A stretch of DNA of 39,568 nt from an uncultured Bacteroidota bacterium (lineage in GTDB: Bacteria; Bacteroidota; Bacteroidia; Chitinophagales; Chitinophagaceae): contig CAIVHI010000319.1 in NCBI GenBank assembly GCA_903905685.1, forward strand, positions 1 to 39,568, read 5' to 3'. Both the position numbers and the translations under genes were made by a program. The stretch's first letter is position 1, and each line of letters starts with the position of its first letter. The notes beneath the pieces were generated by a model. The model worked only from the letters and a program-made list of their open reading frames with translations, had not been told where the DNA came from and did not search any database. Of the stretch, positions 27,060 to 35,618 are shown piece after piece.

Positions 27060-28515
27060 TCATTTGGGCAAACCTGCAGCACAGACATTGGGGATACTGG
27101 AGAACCTTTTTGCAGGCCATTTTGGACGTAACCCAGAATCCGTAGTCACTTTGGGAGTGTCGGGGTCCGACCGTCGTTACTATCGCCTTACCGGTGGTGG
27201 AGACTCCGTAATAGGTACCTACAATATGAATGTGGCCGAAAACAATGCGTTTTTCTATGCCACGGAATTGTTTCGCCGGCACGGTATTTCGGTGCCCGAA
27301 GTGTATATCATCAACAAAGACCGTCGCGCCTATCTTCAGCAGGATTTGGGCAATGTATCGTTGTTCGACCGGGTTACCGGGGATGGTTATACCGATGAGG
27401 TGCGTAAATATTACCACCGCTCGCTACACCAATTGGCCAAGGTGCAATGGATAGCGGGTAGGGATGCCGACTACCGCCAATGCTTCACCTCCCGCCAATT
27501 TGACGAGAAGGCCATAATGGCCGACCTCCTATATTTCAAATACTATTTTGCCGACCTCCAAGACATTCCCTACAATAAGGCGGCCATGGCCGATGAAATG
27601 GAATTGTTGAGTCGCGACCTTGGCCGGGTGCAACCGCAAACTCTGATGTATCGCGACTTCCAGAGCCGCAATATCATGTTGCACGACGACAAGCCCTATT
27701 TCATAGACTATCAAGGGTTTATGCAGGGGCCACCGCAATATGACCTGGCATCTGTGCTTTGGCAGGCCAAAGCCCGTCTGCCCGAGGCTTGGAAGGAAGA
27801 CCTGCTCAATGGCTACATCTCCGCCCTCGGGGACCTTCATGTGCCCCGTATGGATGAAATCTATTTTCGGCGTGGATACGTCCAATTTGTCCTCATCAGG
27901 TTGCTTCAAGTTCTGGGTGCTTATGGTTTCCGGGGGTTGTTGCAACAAAAGACGCACTTCATCACCAGCATTGGTCCTGCATTGCAGCATTTGTCGCTGT
28001 TTTTGGAGAGCCATCCGCAAACCCCGCCTTATCCCGAGTTGCGCACGTTCCTCGAAAAGGTCTCTTCTGCCGAAATCCAGAAAAAGTATGCTGCGGCGGT
28101 GGCACCACAGGCACCCGCCCTTAAAGTATATATAGAGAGCTTCTCCTACAAAAACGGCATCCCTACTACCGACAGCCTCCATGGAGGCGGTTATGTGTTC
28201 GATTGTCGCGGGATAGAGAACCCCGGTCGCTATGAGCCCTACAAACAACTTACCGGGCTTGACGAGCCGGTGAAGCAGTTTTTGGAACGCGAATCGACGA
28301 TGCCCGATTTTATGAATCACGTGAATGCCATGGTGGGCATGCACGTCACCAATTTTGTGGAACGTGGGTTCGATGAACTGCGTGTCTCCTTCGGGTGCAC
28401 CGGTGGCCGTCACCGGTCGGTATATGCTGCCGAGAAATTGGCCAACTACCTGAAGTACCGCTTCGGGATTGAAGTTGTGCCGATACATACGAATAAGGAT
28501 AATTGGGTGAAATAG
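27052..28515 (+). CDS. APH/AmgK-like sugar phosphotransferase fused to a RapZ C-terminal-like domain
   Basis: GSDRRYYR, RDFQSRNIM, FIDYQ, YDLASVL (kinase); SFSYKNGIP, VFDCR...NPG, FGCTGGRHRSV (RapZ-C). Confidence 0.88.
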   Translation: MNNHLGKPAAQTLGILENLFAGHFGRNPESVVTLGVSGSDRRYYRLTGGGDSVIGTYNMNVAENNAFFYATELFRRHGISVPEVYIINKDRRAYLQQDLGNVSLFDRVTGDGYTDEVRKYYHRSLHQLAKVQWIAGRDADYRQCFTSRQFDEKAIMADLLYFKYYFADLQDIPYNKAAMADEMELLSRDLGRVQPQTLMYRDFQSRNIMLHDDKPYFIDYQGFMQGPPQYDLASVLWQAKARLPEAWKEDLLNGYISALGDLHVPRMDEIYFRRGYVQFVLIRLLQVLGAYGFRGLLQQKTHFITSIGPALQHLSLFLESHPQTPPYPELRTFLEKVSSAEIQKKYAAAVAPQAPALKVYIESFSYKNGIPTTDSLHGGGYVFDCRGIENPGRYEPYKQLTGLDEPVKQFLERESTMPDFMNHVNAMVGMHVTNFVERGFDELRVSFGCTGGRHRSVYAAEKLANYLKYRFGIEVVPIHTNKDNWVK

Positions 28516-28601
28516 TACAACAGCAGTAGGATGGTGAAAGAGTTGGCCAATCGTGCCACCACTTGACACCGTGTTTTGCCAACCCAAGTGGAGACTGTGT
28601 T

Positions 28602-29165
28602 TTGAACAAATGGGTCGCGATAGTTATTTCCATTTAGTGGGGTTGCACATTGTGCGGCTGCACGGGGGGCAATTGATTCCGGTGGCCCTTAAGTTACTTT
28701 TTTGGCCAATGGGAAGCCGTTATAGCATGGTGTAGCGACTCTTATGCCAATTGCCTGCAAGGCAGGATACAAAATGGTGAGCATTTGTTCTACTTTTTAG
28801 GGGTGGGCACCGGCGGCAGTTTGACCATAGTGCTTCGCAACTCCAACGGATGTTTCCAATCGGGTATTTACCCACTATATGTAGCCGCGGGTAAAGGTGC
28901 GGCCTCCTACATCGATTACGACCGAGATATGGATAAAGACTACTTGACCGACTCCATTCATTACGGGAGCCTGTATATCCATATCGATACCGTCAAACAA
29001 CGGATTTCCGATTCTTTTTCATTGGTGGCGAAATATCGTTCCGATACTACCACAGTGAACGTTACCCAATGGCAGTTTTTCGGAACCATACAGAATAGTT
29101 TGAGTGCCTCCCGGGCGTTCTTTGCGAGGTGCGGCGGGCCGTTTGTAGTATGTCGATTTCATTAG
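28602..29165 (+). pseudogene. Probable decayed lipoprotein gene
   Basis: Lipobox-like leader with a stop (NKWVAIVISI*WGCTLCGC), interrupted VTFLANGKP segment, then open beta-rich frame 28785-29165 (GSLYIHIDTVKQRISDSFSLVA). Confidence 0.4.
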
Positions 29166-29297
29166 CCTATGGAATACGGAACTTCTAATACGGAACAAGC
29201 CGATGGATTCTTGCTGCGCGTATGCCTCCTTCGCAATAAATAGCTACCTTAGCGAAAGGCAGTGCCACTGATGGGTGTTGCACAATTTCTTCAACCC

Positions 29298-31568
29298 ATG
29301 GAGACGAAAAAGGAAAGCTTAGACATCATTAACGAAGACGAAGAGAAGAAAATCATTCTGCGCGAATACCGCGCCCTGTTGCGGGCATTGCGCGAACGCA
29401 TCAAGAAGGGCGATAAGGCCAAGTTGCGGCGGGCTTTCGAGATGGCAGCTGAGGCACATAAGGATATGCGCCGAAAATCGGGCATCCCCTACATCATGCA
29501 TCCGTTGGCTGTTGCCCGAATTGTAGTCGAAGAAGTTGGGCTCGGCATCACTTCCTCCATCTGCTCCTTGCTGCACGACACGGTGGAAGATACCGAAATC
29601 ACGCTTGAAGACGTGAAACATGAATTTGGCGAAAACATCGCCAAAATCATCGATGGACTTACGAAGATTTCGAATGTCGTGGATATCAAGGCCAACACCA
29701 CGGTGCAGGCTGAAAACTTCCGCAAAATCCTGCTTACCCTTGCCGACGACCCCAGGGTGATTTTGATAAAACTGGCCGACCGGCTGCACAACATGCGCAC
29801 ATTGGAGAGCCTGAGCCGGGAAAAGCAGTTGAAGATATGCTCGGAGACCACCTACATCTATGCTCCGCTCGCGCATCGGCTCGGTCTGTATCAAATCAAG
29901 TCTGAAATGGAAGACTTGGCCATGAAGTATACGCACCCGGAGGTTTACGTCGAAATTGCGCGATGCCTGAAGGAAACCAAGCGGGACCGTACCAAGTATA
30001 TCAACGAGTTCATCAAGCCCATTAAAGAAGAGCTCACCAACAGCAATTTCGAATTCCAGATTTACGGACGACCCAAGTCCATACATTCCATTTGGACGAA
30101 GATGAAGAACAAACATGTCACCTTCGATGAAGTGTACGACCTGTTCGCCATCCGCATCATCCTGAAGTCGGAGCCTGAGCGCGAAAAAGAGGATTGTTGG
30201 AAGGTTTATTCTGCGGTTACCAAATTCTATCATCCCGGTGCAGAGCGCTTGCGCGATTGGATAAGCGTGCCGAAGGGCAATGGCTATGAGGCCCTGCACA
30301 CAACGGTTATGGGGCCCGGTGGCCGTTGGGTGGAAGTGCAGATTCGCACGGAGCGGATGAACGAAATCGCCGAAAAGGGCCTCGCAGCCCATTGGAAATA
30401 TAAAGACGGCGCGCCAAGTGTGCAGGAAAACAAATTGGAGAGCTTCCTTCTGCACCTCCGCGAAATCCTGAACAATCCCGAAACCGACACCATCGACTTC
30501 ATACAGGATTTCAAACTCGACTTGTTCACCGAGGAAATCTATATCTATACCCCTAAGGGCGACATGCGGGTTCTGCCCAAGAACGCCACCATTCTGGACT
30601 TTGCCTTCGATATACATACCCACTTGGGATTCAATTGCATAGGAGCCAAGGTAAACTACAAGCTGGTGCCCTTGAGCCATCAACTGAAGAGTGGCGACCA
30701 AGTGGAAATCATCACTTCGTCCAAACAGAAACCGCAGAAAGAGTGGATTGACTTCGTCATTACAGCGAAAGCAAAGAGCACCCTGAAAAACTACCTGAAA
30801 GCAGAGCGCAAAAAAACCGCCGACGAGGGCAAGGCTCTATTGCAAGCCAAGTTCGCAGACCTGCACGTTCCCCTCAACCAAATCAATTTGGCAGAACTTC
30901 TGGCGCATTTCAAAAAGACGTCGGGTACCGAATTGTATTACGGAATTGCCGTGGGAAATGTGGATTTGCGGGACTTGCGTGAGTTCACCATTACGGGAGA
31001 AAAGCTGGTGGCCCCGTTGAGGGATGCAGCCCGTGCCGACCAAAAAGTCGTGGTTGAGGAAGAAATCGAGAGTGCGACTGCCAAGGCAGCCGTACCGAAA
31101 GGCACCGAAATATTGATTTTTGGCGACCAGTCGGACAAGGTACTCTATAAATTGTCGCAGTGCTGCCAACCCATTCCGGGCGATAACGTGTTTGGTTTCA
31201 AAGCATCCGACGGTATTCGAATCCACCGTACCGACTGCCCCAATGCGGCGCGGCTGCTTGCCAACTATGGGCATAAAATCATCAAAGCCAAGTGGGCGAA
31301 GAATAAGGAAATCTCATTCCTTACCGGTGTAAAGATTTTTGGGCTCGACGATGTTGGAGTAATACAGAAAATCACCAATGTGATTTCAGGAGACCTCCGG
31401 ATGAACATGAGGTCGTTGAGTATCGATTCGCAAGACGGGCTGTTTCAAGGCAACATCATGGTGTATGTACACGATAGGGAAGAATTGAACGCCTTGTGCG
31501 CCAAGTTGGGAGAGCTGGAAGGTATCCACAGTATTGAGCGGCTGGAGTCTAGTGCCGACCAGGGATGA
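29298..31568 (+). CDS. rel: Bifunctional (p)ppGpp synthetase/hydrolase (long RSH)
   Basis: RKSGIPYIMHP, LHDTVED (HD), KLADRLHNMRTL, GRPKS, EVQIRT, AAHWKYK, TGS (DFAFDIHT), CCQPIPGD, ACT domain. Confidence 0.96.
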   Translation: METKKESLDIINEDEEKKIILREYRALLRALRERIKKGDKAKLRRAFEMAAEAHKDMRRKSGIPYIMHPLAVARIVVEEVGLGITSSICSLLHDTVEDTEITLEDVKHEFGENIAKIIDGLTKISNVVDIKANTTVQAENFRKILLTLADDPRVILIKLADRLHNMRTLESLSREKQLKICSETTYIYAPLAHRLGLYQIKSEMEDLAMKYTHPEVYVEIARCLKETKRDRTKYINEFIKPIKEELTNSNFEFQIYGRPKSIHSIWTKMKNKHVTFDEVYDLFAIRIILKSEPEREKEDCWKVYSAVTKFYHPGAERLRDWISVPKGNGYEALHTTVMGPGGRWVEVQIRTERMNEIAEKGLAAHWKYKDGAPSVQENKLESFLLHLREILNNPETDTIDFIQDFKLDLFTEEIYIYTPKGDMRVLPKNATILDFAFDIHTHLGFNCIGAKVNYKLVPLSHQLKSGDQVEIITSSKQKPQKEWIDFVITAKAKSTLKNYLKAERKKTADEGKALLQAKFADLHVPLNQINLAELLAHFKKTSGTELYYGIAVGNVDLRDLREFTITGEKLVAPLRDAARADQKVVVEEEIESATAKAAVPKGTEILIFGDQSDKVLYKLSQCCQPIPGDNVFGFKASDGIRIHRTDCPNAARLLANYGHKIIKAKWAKNKEISFLTGVKIFGLDDVGVIQKITNVISGDLRMNMRSLSIDSQDGLFQGNIMVYVHDREELNALCAKLGELEGIHSIERLESSADQG

Positions 31569-31571
31569 GTG

Positions 31572-31621
31572 AAAAAAGGAAGGGTTGGAGACCCCATTAT
31601 GGCTCCAACCCTTCCTTTTTC
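31572..31621. terminator. Bidirectional intrinsic terminator between rel and slyD
   Basis: AAAAAGGAAGGGTTGGAG...CTCCAACCCTTCCTTTTT perfect 18 bp stem between convergent genes. Confidence 0.9.
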
Positions 31622-31639
31622 TTATTTGCAGAAATTGGA

Positions 31640-32068
31640 TTATGCGATCTCTACCAATTCGATATCGAAAATGAGGTCTTTGCCGGCCAGCGGGTGGTTG
31701 GCATCGAGCACAACGGTTTCGTCATTCACTTCGAGTATAACGACAGGGAAAATGTTGCCGTCGTTGTCGCTCATCTGGAGCTCCATACCTACGGCAGGCT
31801 GCATGTCTTCGGGAAATTCGTCGATGGGATATTCTATCACCATTTCTTCGTTATGCTCGCCATAAGCGTCAGTCACAACAATTTCGACAACCTTTTTGTC
31901 GCCGGGAGACATGAGCAATACCGCATCATCGAATCCTTTGATTACTTGGCCATTGCCAACCACGAATTGGAGCGGAGCCCGGCCTTCCGAACTGTCGAAA
32001 ACGCTTCCATCACGAAGAGTACCGCGGTAGTGTACACTGACTCTGTCGCCTTTTTTTACTTGTTGCAT
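31640..32068 (-). CDS. slyD: FKBP-type peptidyl-prolyl isomerase (SlyD/SlpA family, no His-rich tail)
   Basis: VSVHYRGTL.DGSVFDSS, GQVIKGFD, LDANHPLAGKDLIFDIEL. Confidence 0.92.
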   Translation of the reverse strand: MQQVKKGDRVSVHYRGTLRDGSVFDSSEGRAPLQFVVGNGQVIKGFDDAVLLMSPGDKKVVEIVVTDAYGEHNEEMVIEYPIDEFPEDMQPAVGMELQMSDNDGNIFPVVILEVNDETVVLDANHPLAGKDLIFDIELVEIA

Positions 32069-32155
32069 TGTTTGACTACTTTTATGAATTAAGCACGCAA
32101 GGTAAGCTATTTGCTGTGACCCTGCACAAAAAAACGCGGCAGGCATTAAGGATAT

Positions 32156-33331
32156 ATGAAGTTCATTTCAATTTTTTTGGCCGCACTTTTTCCACTGGCG
32201 GCATTTTGTTTGGGCCATGCTCCAAAAACGGCTACACCTGCCGACTGTCTGCCGGGCGAGTATTTGCCGCTGCTTCAAGGCAAGCGCGTGGCACTGGTGG
32301 TCAATTCGTCGTCGGTGGTAGATGGCAGGAATCTCGCAGATTTTTTGCCAAGCAAACAGGTAAATGTAGTCAAGATATTTGTGCCCGAACACGGTTTTCG
32401 CGGCACGGCTGATGCCGGCGCCAAGATTGAAAGTACCATCGACAGTGCTAGCGGCTTGCCGGTTTTATCGCTATACGGTAGCCACAAAAAACCCAAGCCC
32501 GAGGAACTGGAGGATGTAGACGTGTTGGTTTATGACCTTCAGGACGTTGGGGTGCGGTTTTATACCTATATATCTACCATGCAGTACTGTATGGAGGCTT
32601 GTGCGGAGAACAAAAAGACCTTTGTTGTTCTGGACCGCCCCAACCCAAACGGCTTCTATGTTGACGGGCCAATATTGGATACGGCAAACCGATCGTTTGT
32701 AGGTATGCAACCCGTTCCTATCGTTTATGGCATGACTTGTGGCGAATATGCCGCCATGCTAAAAGGTGAGGCGGCATTTGCACACGCAGCCAGCTTGGAA
32801 CTGAAGGTAGTGCAGTGCAAGGGCTACGTCCACAACATGAAAATTGACTTGCCAACGCCTCCGTCACCCAATCTTAGATCCGCCGCTGCAATACATTCAT
32901 ATCCTTATCTGTGCCTGTTTGAAGGTACCCCCGTGAGTGTGGGCCGCGGTACAGACCACCCTTTCGAACAATACGGATGTCCCGATTTTGAAGGGAAATA
33001 TCCGCACGCCTTCACTCCCCGAACCGGAGCCATTGCGAAATCGCCACTTTACGAAGGCAAAGCGTGCTTCGGGAGGGAAACGGGCACTGATGCGGAGATT
33101 TTGGCGCAGCTTGAACATGGTGGATTAAATCTCGAACCCTTGATTGATGCCTATCGCAACTACCCGGACAAGGGAAAGTTCTTTTCGACTTTTTTCAAAA
33201 AGCTGGCGGGCACTACAAGTTTGGAGGAGCAAATTGCTGCAGGGATAACGGCCGAAGCAATTAAGGCAACCTGGTCGCACGGGTTGGAGGGTTTCAAAAA
33301 GGTGCGGGAAAAGTATTTGCTGTATCCCTGA
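32156..33331 (+). CDS. namZ: DUF1343 / NamZ-family exo-beta-N-acetylmuramidase
   Basis: Signal peptide; PEHGFRG, SLYG, DLQDVGVRFYTYISTM, LDRPNP, PSPNL, SVGRGT. Confidence 0.9.
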   Translation: MKFISIFLAALFPLAAFCLGHAPKTATPADCLPGEYLPLLQGKRVALVVNSSSVVDGRNLADFLPSKQVNVVKIFVPEHGFRGTADAGAKIESTIDSASGLPVLSLYGSHKKPKPEELEDVDVLVYDLQDVGVRFYTYISTMQYCMEACAENKKTFVVLDRPNPNGFYVDGPILDTANRSFVGMQPVPIVYGMTCGEYAAMLKGEAAFAHAASLELKVVQCKGYVHNMKIDLPTPPSPNLRSAAAIHSYPYLCLFEGTPVSVGRGTDHPFEQYGCPDFEGKYPHAFTPRTGAIAKSPLYEGKACFGRETGTDAEILAQLEHGGLNLEPLIDAYRNYPDKGKFFSTFFKKLAGTTSLEEQIAAGITAEAIKATWSHGLEGFKKVREKYLLYP

Positions 33332-33544
33332 CCCGCAACCGACAAAATATAAACCCCCGGTTTTTTAACCCGTAATTGCATTGCAATGCTCGTTCAAAAA
33401 AAATATTTGTCCCCAAAACCGTCTGTGGTGCAGTGTTTTGGCGAATAGGGGCGGTTGCCCTCCAAAATATATTATTACTGTGGTTGTGATTCGGAATTAT
33501 TCTCTAATTTAGTACCTTCAACCGAATAAAATTAAATTTGCGAT

Positions 33545-33952
33545 ATGAAACGTTTCATCATCACCTTTGCAATGCTTGCCGGGATAGCTTCGGCTGCATT
33601 TGCCCAAAACGCACAAGTAGCCGGCAATCAAGCCGACGCAGCACAAGTGGAAGCCTCCAAAAAGAAGATGGCCGAGCAAATGGCTGAGCGTCACACGCGC
33701 GAGCTGCAGCGTCAGTATGGCCTGACCGAAGAACAATACAAAAAGGCATACGAAGCCAATTTGGTGTTCTCTGCCAAGATGGTCAACAACCGCAATCCGA
33801 CCAACAAGACGGTTTCTCCAACGGAGATTCAGAGCATTATGGACGAGCGCGATGCCAAGTTGAAAACCATCATGACTCCCGACCAATACAAACAATACGA
33901 CATGGTTAAGCCCTCCACCGGAGCACGCAACAACCAGTCTGTAAACAGGTAG
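33545..33952 (+). CDS. Secreted helical hypothetical protein (Spy/CpxP- or DUF4890-like)
   Basis: Signal peptide AFA-Q; LTEEQ and MTPDQY repeats resembling LTxxQ motifs. Confidence 0.7.
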   Translation: MKRFIITFAMLAGIASAAFAQNAQVAGNQADAAQVEASKKKMAEQMAERHTRELQRQYGLTEEQYKKAYEANLVFSAKMVNNRNPTNKTVSPTEIQSIMDERDAKLKTIMTPDQYKQYDMVKPSTGARNNQSVNR

Positions 33953-33962
33953 TTTTCGATTT

Positions 33963-34009
33963 TCAACGGATTAAGCCCGAGCCAATTTGGCTCGGGCTTA
34001 ATCCGTTGA
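33963..34009. repeat. Perfect 47 bp palindrome (23 bp arms, 1 nt centre)
   Basis: TCAACGGATTAAGCCCGAGCCAA-T-TTGGCTCGGGCTTAATCCGTTGA. Confidence 0.85.
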
Positions 34010-34202
34010 TTGCTATTGTGGCCATTGACTGGCTAGTCAAGTAGGGAGTCTATTGTGCCACACCCGGTTCAGGTTACGGCAATATGAACCGATGTTGTAC
34101 CAATTGACCCACAATTTGTAGATTTACCTGCGGGTAGATATACATTCCGATATTTCGTATTTGACTAAAGGTGTTCTTCAATAAAAGGTAAAATTTAAGT
34201 GT

Positions 34203-35552
34203 ATGGCAGCAGCATGTATCGTTTTCGCAGATATTGTCGGCTTTTCAACCAAGCGTACGAGTCTACAGCGGGAGGTGATAGACTCGTTCAATAAAGAATT
34301 GCGCACTTTTCTATCGCAATTTTTCGACCCATTGACGGGTGAGTCGGAAGTTATTGCATTGCCGACAGGCGATGGTGCTTGTCTGTCCTTCCTCTTAGAC
34401 AACGATCGGCGCCGATGGAATGAGAAAACGATATTCGAATTGTGCATCCTGTTGCATAAGTGGGCGTACGAAATGAGTACTCCGGAAAACTCCGTGCAGT
34501 TGCGCCTCGGGGTGCATATGGGCATTGTCGATATCGTGCTTGACCTCAACAATAAAAAGAACGTTGTGGGCGATACCATCAATTTTGCTGCCCGTGTGAT
34601 GAGTGCCGCAAAAGCACGCCAAACGTACATTTCAGACACCGTTTTCAACGAATATGTAGGGGTGGCCACCCAATCGCTGGGTATAAGGGCCGGCGGTAAA
34701 GATTATCGTGTCCGCTTCGGCAAACCGGTAAAAATCTTCGCGAAGCACGACCGGGAGCTCACCTTGCATGATATGCTGTTGGAACCGCATGAGCGATTTA
34801 TGGATGCAGCCGGTGAAGAAGATGCACTGGGTGCCGGCGGCAAGACAATCCAGATTGAAAGGTTGGAATTCGAACCCGAGATGGTATTCGTTAATGGTGG
34901 GGTATTCAAAATGGGCAGTAAGGATGGCCAAAATTCCGAGAAGCCCATACACACAGTGGAAGTGGGCGACTTCCTTATCGGAAAATATCCGGTTACGCAA
35001 AAGCAGTGGAAGGCAGTAATGGGCAACAATCCCTCCAAGAATAAGGACAACGATAATCATCCTGTTGAACGGGTTTCGCTCGCGGAGGTGCAGGAATACA
35101 TCAAAAAACTTAATGAGAAGACCGGTAAGAGATACCGCCTGCCCACTGAGGCCGAGTGGGAATATGCGGCCAAAGGCGGAGATGCGAGCCAAGGGTTTAT
35201 ATATGCCGGTGGCAACGATTTGAAGGAAGTGGCTTGGGACTCTGAAAACAGCAAGGGCTCTACCCAAGCGGTGGGACTCAAAAAACCGAATGAACTTGGA
35301 TTGTACGATATGACCGGCAATGTTTGGGAATGGTGTAACGATTTTTATGACGAAAAATATTATTCGGTGAGTCCGGAGAAAGACCCTAAGGGTCCTGCCA
35401 ATGGCGACAACCGCGTAATAAGGGGTGGCAGTTGGATCAATTTCCCAGCCCGATACCGCACCACCGACCGCTACTTCAATTACCCCGGCGACCGTCGCAC
35501 TTACTTGGGGCTAAGGCTAGCATGCTCGTTAGACTATCCTATGGGGCTGTAA
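34203..35552 (+). CDS. Class III nucleotide cyclase domain fused to an FGE-sulfatase (SUMF1/CLec-fold) domain
   Basis: VFADIVGFS, PTGDG, LRLGVHMG, VVGDTINFAAR (cyclase); FKMGS, YPVTQKQW, YRLPTEAEWEYAA, NELGLYDMTGNVWEWC, RVIRGGSW, GLRL (FGE-sulfatase); no signal peptide or TM segment. Confidence 0.9.
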   Translation: MAAACIVFADIVGFSTKRTSLQREVIDSFNKELRTFLSQFFDPLTGESEVIALPTGDGACLSFLLDNDRRRWNEKTIFELCILLHKWAYEMSTPENSVQLRLGVHMGIVDIVLDLNNKKNVVGDTINFAARVMSAAKARQTYISDTVFNEYVGVATQSLGIRAGGKDYRVRFGKPVKIFAKHDRELTLHDMLLEPHERFMDAAGEEDALGAGGKTIQIERLEFEPEMVFVNGGVFKMGSKDGQNSEKPIHTVEVGDFLIGKYPVTQKQWKAVMGNNPSKNKDNDNHPVERVSLAEVQEYIKKLNEKTGKRYRLPTEAEWEYAAKGGDASQGFIYAGGNDLKEVAWDSENSKGSTQAVGLKKPNELGLYDMTGNVWEWCNDFYDEKYYSVSPEKDPKGPANGDNRVIRGGSWINFPARYRTTDRYFNYPGDRRTYLGLRLACSLDYPMGL

Positions 35553-35618
35553 GTTGGGGGGTATTCCGGTTGCCGATTTCCGAATGGGGCAGAGTGGTGG
35601 AAGGCCATTTTGTTCAGG

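Noticed and set aside
27529..28587. 352 aa minus-strand ORF
   Set aside because: Antisense to the kinase-RapZ fusion; no motifs
29319..30701. 460 aa minus-strand ORF
   Set aside because: Antisense shadow of rel
34203..35552. Complete Pycsar system or complete DGR cassette
   Set aside because: No adjacent cNMP-binding effector, no RT, no Avd and no template repeat in the window
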